Positions 41,837 through 52,083 of a stretch of DNA of 64,000 bases are shown here, piece after piece (position 1 is the stretch's first letter; each line of letters starts with the position of its first letter). Under the pieces are notes generated by a model. That model searched no databases. It had not been told where the DNA came from and saw only the letters and a list, made by a program, of their open reading frames with translations. This DNA comes from Acidimicrobiia bacterium (GTDB taxonomy: Bacteria; Actinomycetota; Acidimicrobiia; Spongiisociales; ZC4RG35). Where the stretch lies: positions 36,595 through 100,594 of the forward strand of contig CBDCGI010000001.1 in assembly GCA_965216725.1 (NCBI GenBank), given 5' to 3'. Made by a program: the position numbers and the translations under genes.

Positions 41837-44257
41837 ATGAAGTACGACCATCAGGCGATCGAGGCCAAGTGGCAGCAGCGCTGGGAGGCCGAGCGGGTCT
41901 TCAATGTCACTGAGGATCGCTCGATGCCCAAGTTCTACAACGTCTCGATGTACCCCTATCCCTCCGGGGAGCTCCACGTCGGCCACATCCGCAACTACAC
42001 CTACATCGATCTGATCACCAGGTACAAGAAGATGCAGGGCCTGAACGTCTTGCCTCCGATGGGTTGGGATTCCTTCGGGCTCCCCGCTGAGAACGCGGCC
42101 ATCAAGACCGGAATACACCCCCGGGTCAACGTGAACTCCCAAATCGAGAAGATGAAAGAGCAGTTCCGGAAGCTGGGGGCCGCTTTTGATTGGGACAGAG
42201 AGCTGGCGAGTCACGATCCGGGCTACTACCGGTGGGACCAATGGCTTTTTCTCGAGCTCTACGACCGTGGCCTTGCTTACAAGAAAGAAGCGCCGGTCAA
42301 TTGGTGCCCCAACGACAACACGGTGCTCGCCAATGAACAGGTCGTGGACGGTCGGTGCGAGCGCTGCGACACGGTGGTGGTGAAAAAGGATCTTTCGCAG
42401 TGGTTCTTCAAGATCACCGACTACGCCGAACGTCTTCTCGACGACCTCGATTCACTGAGCGAGTGGCCCGACCGCGTGGTGACCATGCAGCGCAATTGGA
42501 TCGGTCGCTCCGAGGGGGCGAGGTTCGACATCCAGGTTGCTGACACCGATCTCCGCTTTGATGTGTTCACAACCCGGCCCGACACGATCTTCGGGATGAC
42601 CTTCTGCGTCCTTGCCCCCGAGCATCCTTTGGTCGATCAGCTGATCACTGATGGCGATCACGAGGAGGAAGCCCGCGCATACATAGCGTCGGCGGCGTCG
42701 CATACCGAGATCGAGCGGATGGCTGAAGGTGAGAAGACCGGTGTTTTCACGGGCCGCTACGCGGTCAACCCGGTGAATGGTGCTCGGGTCCCCATCTACA
42801 TCGCCGACTACGTGCTCATGGGATACGGGACCGGCGCCATCATGGCGGTGCCCGGCCAGGACCAGCGAGACTGGGACTTCGCCGCGAGATACGGGATCGA
42901 GATAATCCGGACGGTCGAACCGCCCTCCAGCTGGGAGGGCGAGGCCTATCTGGGTGACGGAGTGACGATCAACTCGGGTTTCCTCGACGGCCTCAACCAG
43001 ACCGAAGCCAAGAAGAGCATCATCTCGTGGCTCGAGGAGAGAGGTGTGGGTGAGGGCACCGTTGAATACCGCCTGCGCGACTGGCTGATATCACGTCAGC
43101 GCTATTGGGGTTGCCCCATTCCGATGATCAGCTGCTCGGAATGCGGGCTGGTGCCGGTGCCACGGGATGAACTCCCTGTCGAGTTGCCAGACATAAGCGA
43201 TTGGCGTCCAGAAGGGAAGTCCCCCCTCGAGGCGGCTGACGACTTCGTCAACACCACTTGCCCCGACTGTGACGGGCCGGCCCGCCGCGAGACCGACACC
43301 ATGGACACTTTTGTTGATTCCTCGTGGTACTTCCTTCGGTATGCCGACCCCCGGAACGATCGCGAGATCTTTGATCGTGACAAGGCCGAGTATTGGATGC
43401 CTGTCGATCAATATGTCGGAGGGGTCGAGCACGCCATTCTTCATCTCCTATACGCCAGATTCATCACCAAGTTTCTCCACGACATCGGGCTAAGCCCGGT
43501 CGAGGAGCCGTTCGCACGTCTATTCACCCAGGGGATGCTGGTGAGGGACGGGGCCAAGATGTCAAAGTCGAAGGGAAACGTGGTCCCGCCCGACTTCTAC
43601 TACGAGAGTTACGGAGCCGATGCGCTGCGTCTCTTCGAGCTGTTCGTGGGGCCTCCCACCGACGACGCCGTGTGGAACGACTCTGGTGTCCCGGGCACGA
43701 AGCGGTTCTTGGACAAGGTGTGGAAGCTCGGCACCAGCGAGCACTCGTTTGCCCCCGATGCGGGTAACGGTGCCCACGATGTGGTGGGGGAGGCCCATCG
43801 CACGTTGAAGAAGGTCACTGAGGACATCGACAGGTTCCACTTCAACACCGCGGTGCCGGCCCTCATGTCGCTGGTCAACCTGCTGGGAGATTATGTCTCG
43901 GACTCGCCGGACCGTGACACCTTCTCGGAGGTCTATCGGCTGCTTCTTCTGATGCTTTCGCCCATGGCCCCCCACATCGCCCATGAGCTATGGGAGATCA
44001 CCGGTCAAGGCACGATGCTCGCCACCGAACCGTGGCCGAAATGGGATCCAGAGCTGGTGAAACAGGACCGGGTGACGATGGTCATCCAGGTCAACGGCAA
44101 GGTACGGGACCGCGTAGACGTGGCCTCGGGCATCAGCGCCGAAGACGCCGAGCGGTTGGCCCTGGAAGCCGAGAAGGTGCAGGCCTGGATGGAGGGAGTC
44201 GCAGTCAAGAAAGTGATCGCAAGGCCGCCTCACATCGTCAATATCGTGGTCGGGTGA
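41837..44257 (+). CDS. leuS: Leucine--tRNA ligase
   Basis: MYPYPSG-LHVGH, GWDSFGLPAENAA, TTRPDT editing motif, KMSKSKGN, QVNGKVR. Confidence 0.97.
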   Translation: MKYDHQAIEAKWQQRWEAERVFNVTEDRSMPKFYNVSMYPYPSGELHVGHIRNYTYIDLITRYKKMQGLNVLPPMGWDSFGLPAENAAIKTGIHPRVNVNSQIEKMKEQFRKLGAAFDWDRELASHDPGYYRWDQWLFLELYDRGLAYKKEAPVNWCPNDNTVLANEQVVDGRCERCDTVVVKKDLSQWFFKITDYAERLLDDLDSLSEWPDRVVTMQRNWIGRSEGARFDIQVADTDLRFDVFTTRPDTIFGMTFCVLAPEHPLVDQLITDGDHEEEARAYIASAASHTEIERMAEGEKTGVFTGRYAVNPVNGARVPIYIADYVLMGYGTGAIMAVPGQDQRDWDFAARYGIEIIRTVEPPSSWEGEAYLGDGVTINSGFLDGLNQTEAKKSIISWLEERGVGEGTVEYRLRDWLISRQRYWGCPIPMISCSECGLVPVPRDELPVELPDISDWRPEGKSPLEAADDFVNTTCPDCDGPARRETDTMDTFVDSSWYFLRYADPRNDREIFDRDKAEYWMPVDQYVGGVEHAILHLLYARFITKFLHDIGLSPVEEPFARLFTQGMLVRDGAKMSKSKGNVVPPDFYYESYGADALRLFELFVGPPTDDAVWNDSGVPGTKRFLDKVWKLGTSEHSFAPDAGNGAHDVVGEAHRTLKKVTEDIDRFHFNTAVPALMSLVNLLGDYVSDSPDRDTFSEVYRLLLLMLSPMAPHIAHELWEITGQGTMLATEPWPKWDPELVKQDRVTMVIQVNGKVRDRVDVASGISAEDAERLALEAEKVQAWMEGVAVKKVIARPPHIVNIVVG

Positions 44258-44649
44258 ACGCAGCCGACCGCCTCCCACCGCAGATGCTGGAGTCGGCCGC
44301 CCTCTGGTCGGCGCTGATGCCGCTCACCCCAGATGCGGTGCGAGTTCGGCCGGCACCGCGCTGGATGTGGAAGGTGACCCGGGGCCGGGTCGCCGCGATG
44401 ACCTTGGGCTCCACAGTGTTCGTGGACAGACGGTTCCTAACGGATGGCGGCGACCAGGTGCTGGGCCGATTACTGGCTCATGAGCTAATGCATGCCCGTC
44501 AATGGCAGCGATTGGGTGTGGCTGCCTTCCTGGTCTCGTACCTCGGCGATTATTTGAGAGCCAGGATGCGGGGCCTGGGCCATGACGCGTCGTATAGACA
44601 AATCCGCCTCGAGGTGGAAGCGTCGAGGTTCGCCGCCACCCTCATGTGA
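44254..44649 (+). CDS. DUF4157/eCIS-core-like HExxH protein
   Basis: AMTLGSTVF...LLAHELMHARQW...LEVEA. Confidence 0.7.
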   Translation: MNAADRLPPQMLESAALWSALMPLTPDAVRVRPAPRWMWKVTRGRVAAMTLGSTVFVDRRFLTDGGDQVLGRLLAHELMHARQWQRLGVAAFLVSYLGDYLRARMRGLGHDASYRQIRLEVEASRFAATLM

Positions 44650-45454
44650 TCACTATCTGATCGATGCCCTCCTCAGGGTCGGGGAAACGCGGGTTCATCT
44701 TTTCGATGGTGTCGATGAGGATGCTCGAGACCACCAGGTTCCGATACCACTTGCGGTTGGCGGGCACCACGTACCAAGGCGCGTCCTCGGTGGTGGTGCG
44801 GGATATCGCCTCCTCGTAGGCGACCATGTAGTCGTCCCATTTCGCTCTGGTCTCGAGATCGCTGGACTCGAACTTCCAGTTCTTGTTGGGCTCGTCAAGC
44901 CGCGCCTGCAGTCGCTCACGCTGTTCGTCGCGCGTGATATTCAGAAAGAGCTTGACGATCGTTGTGCCTTCGTCGACGAGCATCTGCTCGAAGTCCTTGA
45001 TGTGATCGAAACGTTTCGACCAACGGTCCTTCGCGACCAGCGAATCGACTCTGACTATCAGGACATCCTCGTAGTGCGAGCGATTGAAGATGGTTATCTC
45101 GCCACTGCCTGGTGTCTTGGCGTGAACCCTCCATAGATAGTCGTGTGCAAGCTCGGTCTCCGTGGGACGCCCGAAACTGTGCACCTTCACCCCCTGGGGG
45201 TTCACACCACTGAACACGTGGCGGATGGTGCCGTCTTTTCCCGCGGTATCCATCGCTTGGAGGACGACCAGGAGCTTCTGCCGGGACTCTGCCCATAAGC
45301 GCTGTTGCAAGTCGGCTATGCGGCTGGTGAGGGCAGGCAGTGCTCCTTTTCCCTCCTGCTTGCCGCCTCCATAAGCATGTTTGGAGTCGGGGTCATGAGA
45401 TGCGAGGTCGAAATCGGTGTCGGGAGATACGCGGAAACGCGTGATGTCGAGCAT
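44642..45454 (-). CDS. PPK2-family polyphosphate:nucleotide phosphotransferase (class III-like)
   Basis: LQAMDTAGKDG, HDYLWR, FNRSHYEDV, WYVVPANRKW. Confidence 0.88.
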   Translation of the reverse strand: MLDITRFRVSPDTDFDLASHDPDSKHAYGGGKQEGKGALPALTSRIADLQQRLWAESRQKLLVVLQAMDTAGKDGTIRHVFSGVNPQGVKVHSFGRPTETELAHDYLWRVHAKTPGSGEITIFNRSHYEDVLIVRVDSLVAKDRWSKRFDHIKDFEQMLVDEGTTIVKLFLNITRDEQRERLQARLDEPNKNWKFESSDLETRAKWDDYMVAYEEAISRTTTEDAPWYVVPANRKWYRNLVVSSILIDTIEKMNPRFPDPEEGIDQIVIT

Positions 45455-45524
45455 GGGCGGAGACCCTAACGGGTGGGTTCTCAGCCGGCCTCGGCCCTGG
45501 TAGGAAGCAAGACAAGGGAGATCG

Positions 45525-46085
45525 ATGACCTGCAGTCATGGGAACCGCGGTCTTGCGGTGGTGATATTGGCCGCTGCGTTCGCTGCGGGGGCCGTCCTGG
45601 CCACGAGCCGGCAGCCTCCCGGTCCGATGCCGGTGTTGGCTTCGGTCGCGTCGGCAGCAGCGGGTCAGTCGGAAGGTGCGATGACCGTGCATGTTTCGGG
45701 GTGGGTGCTGCGGCCCGGCCTCGTCCAACTCCCCCCGGGCGCTCTCGTGGCCGATGCCGTTGCTGCTGCTGGGGGCGCAGCAGCGGGAGCCGAATTGTTC
45801 GCTGTCAACTTGGCTTCTCCAGTGGCCGACGGTGACCAGGTCGAGGTTCCTGGTCCAGGCTCCGTTCACGTTGGTGGGCCGGCAGATGGCCAGAGCGTAT
45901 CTCTGAATCGGGCTTCACCGGCCGAACTCGAGACCCTCCCGGGAGTGGGGCCGGTCTTGGCGCAGCGGATCATCTCTCACCGGGAATCCAACGGCCCGTT
46001 TGCCGCAGTCGAAGATCTTCTCGACGTGCCGGGCATCGGAGAGGCCAAGCTGGCCTCTCTTCGGGACCATGTCTCGATCCCGTGA
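45525..46085 (+). CDS. comEA: Competence protein ComEA (SLBB + HhH)
   Basis: VHVSGWV..PG, NLA, LNRAS..ELETLPGVGP..AQRII, VPGIG. Confidence 0.88.
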   Translation: MTCSHGNRGLAVVILAAAFAAGAVLATSRQPPGPMPVLASVASAAAGQSEGAMTVHVSGWVLRPGLVQLPPGALVADAVAAAGGAAAGAELFAVNLASPVADGDQVEVPGPGSVHVGGPADGQSVSLNRASPAELETLPGVGPVLAQRIISHRESNGPFAAVEDLLDVPGIGEAKLASLRDHVSIP

Positions 46086-46098
46086 TCGATCGGAGCGC

Positions 46099-48033
46099 GT
46101 GACGCCATCAAGGATGGCCGTCCCTTGGCTGGCCTGCGCAGGAGCCATTTGGTTGGCGCTGCTGATCTGGCCTCCCAGCGTCCACCCCGTCCCTCTGCCC
46201 GCAGGCTGGGTCACTGTCGAGGGCCAGATGGGTGATATCAACCGGGGGCCTTTTAGGCCCTGGTTCTTTTTGGAGACGGTGGAAGGCCCGGTTCTGGTCG
46301 AAGGCGACCTGTCACAGATGCCTGTCCCAGGAACCACGATCCAGATCTCCGGTAGATCGACCGGGAACGCCGGGATAGCGAGAGGTATTCGACATCGAGG
46401 TGTTCTCCGAATCGATGGGCTCACGGCTCTCGGACATCCCTCTCTCATTCGTCGGGGTGGCGAGGCGATCCGCTCACGGGTAATGGATCGACTCGAACCC
46501 CAGGACAGAGGGCGGGCCCTCCTGGCAGGCTTTCTCATCGGAGAGACGTCGGGTGTAGCGGACATCGATCAGGAGGCGATGCGGGCCGCAGGATTGTCCC
46601 ATTTCACCGCGGTCAGCGGTTCAAACGTCGTGCTCTACCTGGGTGTTCTCTACATCGCCGCGGGGCCGCTGGCGCTCGGGCCCCGGCGCCGGGCCGTGGT
46701 GGGCCTTCTCGGCTTGCCGTTTTATGCCGCGGCCACCGGATTCGAACCTTCGGTGATGCGCGCGTCGGTCATGGCGGCTCTGGTTCTCGCCGGCAAGTAC
46801 GCCGGGCTTGCGCTGGACTCATGGCTGGTGTTGGGGGTCGCGGTCGGGTCGCTCCTGATCCTGGATCCGGAGTTGGCGCACAACGTCGGGTTCCAGCTCT
46901 CCGTCGCGGCGACTTGCGGTGTCCTCGTAGGCGCCAGATGGCGGGTGGACACCAAATGGGGGAGATCGCTCGCCGTGGCGCTGGGGGCTCAGATCGCGGT
47001 CGCCCCACTTCTGGTACTCCATTTCGGCGAGTTGCCGGCGGCGTCGCCATTGGCCAACTTGGCGGCGGCTCCGCTGGTGACCGTCGCGACACTTGCAGCG
47101 TCGGTCGGGGTGCTTGCAGCAGGCTGGCTCATCGGTCCGGCAGCGTGGACGGCGGAACGTGTTCTCGACGTAGCGCATGCCGTTGCAGGCTGGCCAAAGC
47201 TGGATGCGCTCGGGTTCCTGCTCGTCACGACGTTGGGTCTTGTGGTCTGGCGAAGACCTCGGTGGCGCGGCGCTGCCGCTGCCATGGCGAGCGCCGCTCT
47301 CGCACTTTTCATGGTCGTAGACCGCGGACCGCCCCCCGGCTCGGTGGTGGTGCTCGACGTAGGCCAAGGAGATGCGATCCTTCTCTCAGGCGGACACGGT
47401 CGCTTCGCCCTCGTGGACGGGGGCCCAGACCCGGTGACGCTCCACCGCAAGCTCCGCAGCTACGGCGTGACGAGCCTGGACTTGATGGTCGCTACACATG
47501 TGCATGCCGATCACGTGAGCGGGTTGGTGCCCGTGGCGACGAGGATGCCGGTGGGTGAGTCCTGGGTGGCTTTTGATCCGCACTCAACTACGCGGTCCGC
47601 AAGCCTCCTTGGTCAACTCCAATCCCTCGGTGTGCCGATCGTTACTCCGGCCCCGGGTGTCACGTTCGAGCTTGGTGAACTCGTCATCGAGGTCATGGGG
47701 CCCATGCGGCGGTATGCCTCACCCAACGACCAATCGATTGTCCTGATGGTGTCAGGGAGAGAACGGCGGATGTTGCTTCCCGGAGATATCGAGGTGGTGG
47801 CGCAGGCCGATCTGGGCGACCTGAAGGCCGACATTCTGAAGGTTCCTCATCAGGGTGCGGCGACCTCCGACCCCAGGTGGCTTTCTCTGGTGAATTCGTC
47901 TGAAGCCGTGATATCGGTCGGTCCCAACAACTTCGGCCATCCCGCGCCCTGGGTCGTGGATCTGCTCGTCGAGTCCGGGGCGATCGTCCACCGAACCGAC
48001 GTCGACGGAGACGTGGTGGTGGATCTGGGATAG
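46099..48033 (+). CDS. comEC: Competence protein ComEC/Rec2; start approximate
   Basis: GLSHFTAVSGSN, PSVMRA, GFQLS, LDVGQGDA, THVHADH, ISVG.NNFGHP. Confidence 0.88.
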   Translation: MTPSRMAVPWLACAGAIWLALLIWPPSVHPVPLPAGWVTVEGQMGDINRGPFRPWFFLETVEGPVLVEGDLSQMPVPGTTIQISGRSTGNAGIARGIRHRGVLRIDGLTALGHPSLIRRGGEAIRSRVMDRLEPQDRGRALLAGFLIGETSGVADIDQEAMRAAGLSHFTAVSGSNVVLYLGVLYIAAGPLALGPRRRAVVGLLGLPFYAAATGFEPSVMRASVMAALVLAGKYAGLALDSWLVLGVAVGSLLILDPELAHNVGFQLSVAATCGVLVGARWRVDTKWGRSLAVALGAQIAVAPLLVLHFGELPAASPLANLAAAPLVTVATLAASVGVLAAGWLIGPAAWTAERVLDVAHAVAGWPKLDALGFLLVTTLGLVVWRRPRWRGAAAAMASAALALFMVVDRGPPPGSVVVLDVGQGDAILLSGGHGRFALVDGGPDPVTLHRKLRSYGVTSLDLMVATHVHADHVSGLVPVATRMPVGESWVAFDPHSTTRSASLLGQLQSLGVPIVTPAPGVTFELGELVIEVMGPMRRYASPNDQSIVLMVSGRERRMLLPGDIEVVAQADLGDLKADILKVPHQGAATSDPRWLSLVNSSEAVISVGPNNFGHPAPWVVDLLVESGAIVHRTDVDGDVVVDLG

Positions 48034-48063
48034 CTGCAACGCCACCTGTGGGAGACTCAGGAC

Positions 48064-48873
48064 GTGGGATCCAGGGAATTACGACTCGGAGACACCATTC
48101 TGCCGATGGGAGACACCACGTACCTTATGGCCGTTCTCAACGTGTCGCCCGACTCGAAGAACACCCATACCGTCGCCCTCAGCGTCGACGAGGCACTGCT
48201 CATGGCCGATCGCTACCGCGGTTGGGGGGCCACCATCATCGACGTGGGCGGTCAGTCTTCGCATTACGACAATCCGACGATCGCCGAGGCCGACGAGATC
48301 TCTCGCGTGGCGCCGGTAATCGAAGGGTTGGTTGCAGAAGACCACCTGGTGGCGATCGATACCTGGAAGCCCGGAGTTGCCCAAGCTGCCATCGACTCGG
48401 GGGCCATCCTTGTCAACGACACCGGGGGCCTGGCAGACCCCGAGATGCGACGCGTTGTGGCCCGATCGGACGTGGCCGCGGTGGCGGTGTATGTCGAGGG
48501 TCAGAACCCGCACGCGGTTACCGAGTTTGAAATCAAATCAGATAAGGCGGAGCACATCGCCGCGGATTTTCGGAAGGCGCTCTCGGAGCTGGATGCCGCC
48601 GGCATTGGCAACGTGATCCTGGATCCGGGAATAGCGCTCAACTATCGGGGTGACTACGAGGCTTACACCCATCTCCAACTCGAGGTGATAGCCGGCTCGG
48701 AGGCGCTCCATTCGTTGGGCCGGCCCGTTCTGATCCCAATACCTCGAAAGCGTGACTTTCACCGGGTTGCGGCTTACATCGCCCTCGCCCTGGAGCATCG
48801 AGCCGACATCGTCAGAGTTCATGACGTTCCGATTGCGGCGGACCTGGCAGGGCTTTTCCGTCGGCACGTCTGA
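48064..48873 (+). CDS. folP: Dihydropteroate synthase-family (pterin-binding) protein, divergent
   Basis: LNVSPDS, IIDVGG, IDT, VND, ILDPG, RK, IVRVHDV. Confidence 0.7.
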   Translation: MGSRELRLGDTILPMGDTTYLMAVLNVSPDSKNTHTVALSVDEALLMADRYRGWGATIIDVGGQSSHYDNPTIAEADEISRVAPVIEGLVAEDHLVAIDTWKPGVAQAAIDSGAILVNDTGGLADPEMRRVVARSDVAAVAVYVEGQNPHAVTEFEIKSDKAEHIAADFRKALSELDAAGIGNVILDPGIALNYRGDYEAYTHLQLEVIAGSEALHSLGRPVLIPIPRKRDFHRVAAYIALALEHRADIVRVHDVPIAADLAGLFRRHV

Positions 48874-48888
48874 TTACATTCATCCCAA

Positions 48889-49872
48889 GTGCCAGTTGTT
48901 CTCATTTCAGGCCCCTCCAACGCCGGGCCAGGCGAGCGCCAGCAGATGCTCGATGCCGCCGCCAGTGTGTTCCGAGAAGCTGGAATCAGCCACGACCGCG
49001 TGGTCCGGATCGACGTGCCCGGGCGGGGAGCCGGCGACGTCGGCGACGGCGCCCTGAGAAGGGAGTTGGAGCCGGTCATTCCGATCCTGCAGTCAGGTTC
49101 GTTGTTCGACGAGACAACGGCGGCGGAGATAGTCGACGCCCAAAACCTTCAGGCAGCCGAAGCAGAAGTCATCTCCGAGCTGCTGTCGGCCGCCGATCCT
49201 TCGGCAGTCGAGCTCGTCTTCGTTGCAATGGGCTCGGTGCCCAAAGTGCTCTCGAGTTTCGTCTCAGAATCCGGGACGAAGGTCGCGGTCAAGAAGATGT
49301 GGGAACGGCAGGCAAGGGATTGGTTGGGCGCCGAGGTCAAGAGAAGGGGGCTGGCCATCGACCGTGGCGCTTCGGAGGCACTGCTGCAACGCTTCGGCTC
49401 GGACACGGCGGCTCTGGGTCAGGCGTTGGATCAGCTCGAGGAGAGCACCGGCAAGATCACCGCAGAAACCGTGCTCAACAGGTTTCGCAACCGGCCCGAC
49501 GAGCCAACGTTCATGATCACAGATGCGATCGGACGCGGCGACGCCGGACTTGCTGTGCGGCGTCTCTCCGACTTTCTGGTTCACGGGCACCCACTCGTCT
49601 ACCTCGCCGCTGTTGAGACCGACCTGCGAAAGAGGGTGTTGGCGGCTGCAGCTCCGGACGAGGACACCTATCGGGAGTGGCTTGGAGCCCGCCCCAGCGA
49701 TCGCAGTGTGAAACGTTTCTGGTCGATGCGGGGGAGGGTCCGCGAGTCGTCTTTGCGAAAGGCGCAGGCAGCCCTGGTTCGGGCCGACCGGGTGATGAAG
49801 ACGCAGCCCGAGGAGGTTCAGCGAGTGACCTTGGAACGTCTCACCATTGCCTTGTGTCGATGGTACGGGTGA
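48889..49872 (+). CDS. holA: DNA polymerase III delta subunit
   Basis: SLF motif, clamp-loader-like helices, conserved comEC-holA-rpsT context. Confidence 0.8.
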   Translation: MPVVLISGPSNAGPGERQQMLDAAASVFREAGISHDRVVRIDVPGRGAGDVGDGALRRELEPVIPILQSGSLFDETTAAEIVDAQNLQAAEAEVISELLSAADPSAVELVFVAMGSVPKVLSSFVSESGTKVAVKKMWERQARDWLGAEVKRRGLAIDRGASEALLQRFGSDTAALGQALDQLEESTGKITAETVLNRFRNRPDEPTFMITDAIGRGDAGLAVRRLSDFLVHGHPLVYLAAVETDLRKRVLAAAAPDEDTYREWLGARPSDRSVKRFWSMRGRVRESSLRKAQAALVRADRVMKTQPEEVQRVTLERLTIALCRWYG

Positions 49873-49912
49873 GCCACACCTGCTCGAGGCGCAGGCTCAT
49901 GCGCAGCCCTGG

Positions 49913-50164
49913 CTAAGCAGACACCTTTTCGGACAGCCGAGACTTCTTGCGTGCCGCCGTGTTCTTCTTGATCACGCCCTTGGAGACGGCCGTGTCGATC
50001 TTCGACTGGGCGATGCGGAAGAGTTCTTCGGTCGGCTCGCCGGCCGCCGCGGCCTCTTCATAGTCTCTGATCGCCGTCTTCATCTCGCTGCGGACCGACT
50101 TGTTCCGCATCCGACGTTTTTCGTTCTGCCGATTGCGCTTGACCTGAGATTTGATGTTGGCCAT
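49913..50164 (-). CDS. rpsT: 30S ribosomal protein S20
   Basis: [18 protein letters not shown]...[16 protein letters not shown]. Confidence 0.97.
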   Translation of the reverse strand: MANIKSQVKRNRQNEKRRMRNKSVRSEMKTAIRDYEEAAAAGEPTEELFRIAQSKIDTAVSKGVIKKNTAARKKSRLSEKVSA

Positions 50165-50280
50165 GTGTGAATACTTTCAAAACCTTGGGGTTACGTGAGA
50201 AACCGGCCGGAACGGCCGGGAGCGCCACGATAGCAGTGCCGGGGTTGAAGGTACAATGCGTCAGTCCCTCCAGGTTCACC

Positions 50281-52083
50281 GTGACTGATCAGACGCGCAT
50301 ACGCAACTTCTCGATAATCGCCCATATCGACCATGGGAAGTCGACGCTCGCCGACCGACTTCTCGAGATGACCGGTGCCATCTCCGCCCGTGAGATGAAG
50401 GAGCAAATCCTGGACACCATGGACCTGGAGAGGGAGAGGGGGATCACGATCAAGGCACAGACCGTGCGGCTGACATACGACAAGGACGGCCACACCTACG
50501 TGCTCAACCTGATCGATACCCCTGGACATGTCGATTTCTCGTACGAGGTTTCGAGGTCACTCGCGGCCTGTGAAGGTGCCCTCCTGCTCACCGACGCCGC
50601 GCAGGGAGTTCAGGCTCAGACCTTGGCCAACGCATACCTGGCCATAGAGGCTGGTCTGGAAATCGTCCCCGCGGTCAATAAGATCGACTTGCCGGCAGCC
50701 AACCCCGAAGGGGCGGCCGCCGAGATTGTCGGGATCATCGGCGGCGATCCGGCGGACGTTCTCAGGGTGTCCGCGAAGACTGGGGAGGGTACGGAAGAGT
50801 TGTTGGACCGCCTCATTGGTGAGATTCCTCCTCCCGAAGGGAATCGAGATGCTCCGTTGCGCGCCCTCGTCTTCGACTCCTATTTCGACCCTTTCCGTGG
50901 AGTTGTCTGCTACGTACGAGTGGTCGATGGCGAACTCCGGCCCGACGACAAGCTCAGGTTCATGGCCACTGCGGAGACGCACGCGGCCAACGAGGTCGGA
51001 GTGCTGACGCCCGGTGCAAAACCGGCCGCGGTGTTGGGGCCGGGCGAGGTGGGCTACCTGATCACAGGAGTCAAAGAGATAGACCGCATCAAGGTTGGCG
51101 ACACGGTCACTCTGGCGTCACGGCCCGCCGAGTCACCTCTACCCGGCTATCAGGATCCGAAACCGATGGTTTTCTCCGGACTGTTCCCGACCGACGGAGA
51201 CGAATTCGAGAACCTACGTGAAGCTCTCGAGAAGCTGCGTCTCAACGATGCCTCCTTCGTGTACGAACCGGAGACCAGCAAGGCGCTCGGGTTTGGGTTT
51301 CGGTGCGGCTACCTCGGCTTGCTGCACATGGAAATCGTCCGTGAGCGGCTGGAGCGCGAATACGACCTCGATCTGGTCGCGACGACCCCATCGGTGGCTT
51401 ATCGCGTCGAAATGCCGGACGGGAGCATCACCGAGATCAAATCGCCACAGGAAATGCCCGAGTCGGGGAGTCGTGCCCGAGTCTTCGAGCCTTATGTGAA
51501 GACGATGATCATCACTCCATCGGACTACGTGGGCCCAATCATGGAATTGGTGACCCGAAGACGTGGCATCGTCGGCAACATGACCTATCTGACGCCAGAG
51601 CGGGTCGAGCTCGACTTCGAACTCCCTCTGGGAGAAGTCGTCATCGACTTCTTCGATCAGCTGAAGTCGCGAACCAAGGGCTATGCCTCCCTCGACTACG
51701 AGCCGGCTGACTATCGGGAATCGGACCTGGTCAGGGTCGATATCTTGCTCAACGCAATCCCTGTCGATGCCTTTTCGGCAATCGTTCACCGGGAAAACGC
51801 CCCGGAATACGGAAGACGTTTGACCGCGCGATTGCGGTCTCTGATACCACGTCAGCTGTTCGATGTCCCGATTCAGGCGGCGATCGGAGGAAAGATCATC
51901 AGTCGCGAGACCGTGCGCGCCAAGCGCAAAGACGTCACTGCGAAGTGCTACGGCGGCGACGTGAGCCGGAAGAAGAAGCTGCTTCAGCGTCAGAAGGAAG
52001 GCAAGAAGCGGATGAAGATGGTGGGCTCGGTGGAAGTGCCACCAGAGGCCTTCGTGGCCGCGCTGAGAATCGACGACGATTGA
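50281..52083 (+). CDS. lepA: Translation elongation factor 4
   Basis: [42 protein letters not shown]. Confidence 0.97.
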   Translation: MTDQTRIRNFSIIAHIDHGKSTLADRLLEMTGAISAREMKEQILDTMDLERERGITIKAQTVRLTYDKDGHTYVLNLIDTPGHVDFSYEVSRSLAACEGALLLTDAAQGVQAQTLANAYLAIEAGLEIVPAVNKIDLPAANPEGAAAEIVGIIGGDPADVLRVSAKTGEGTEELLDRLIGEIPPPEGNRDAPLRALVFDSYFDPFRGVVCYVRVVDGELRPDDKLRFMATAETHAANEVGVLTPGAKPAAVLGPGEVGYLITGVKEIDRIKVGDTVTLASRPAESPLPGYQDPKPMVFSGLFPTDGDEFENLREALEKLRLNDASFVYEPETSKALGFGFRCGYLGLLHMEIVRERLEREYDLDLVATTPSVAYRVEMPDGSITEIKSPQEMPESGSRARVFEPYVKTMIITPSDYVGPIMELVTRRRGIVGNMTYLTPERVELDFELPLGEVVIDFFDQLKSRTKGYASLDYEPADYRESDLVRVDILLNAIPVDAFSAIVHRENAPEYGRRLTARLRSLIPRQLFDVPIQAAIGGKIISRETVRAKRKDVTAKCYGGDVSRKKKLLQRQKEGKKRMKMVGSVEVPPEAFVAALRIDDD

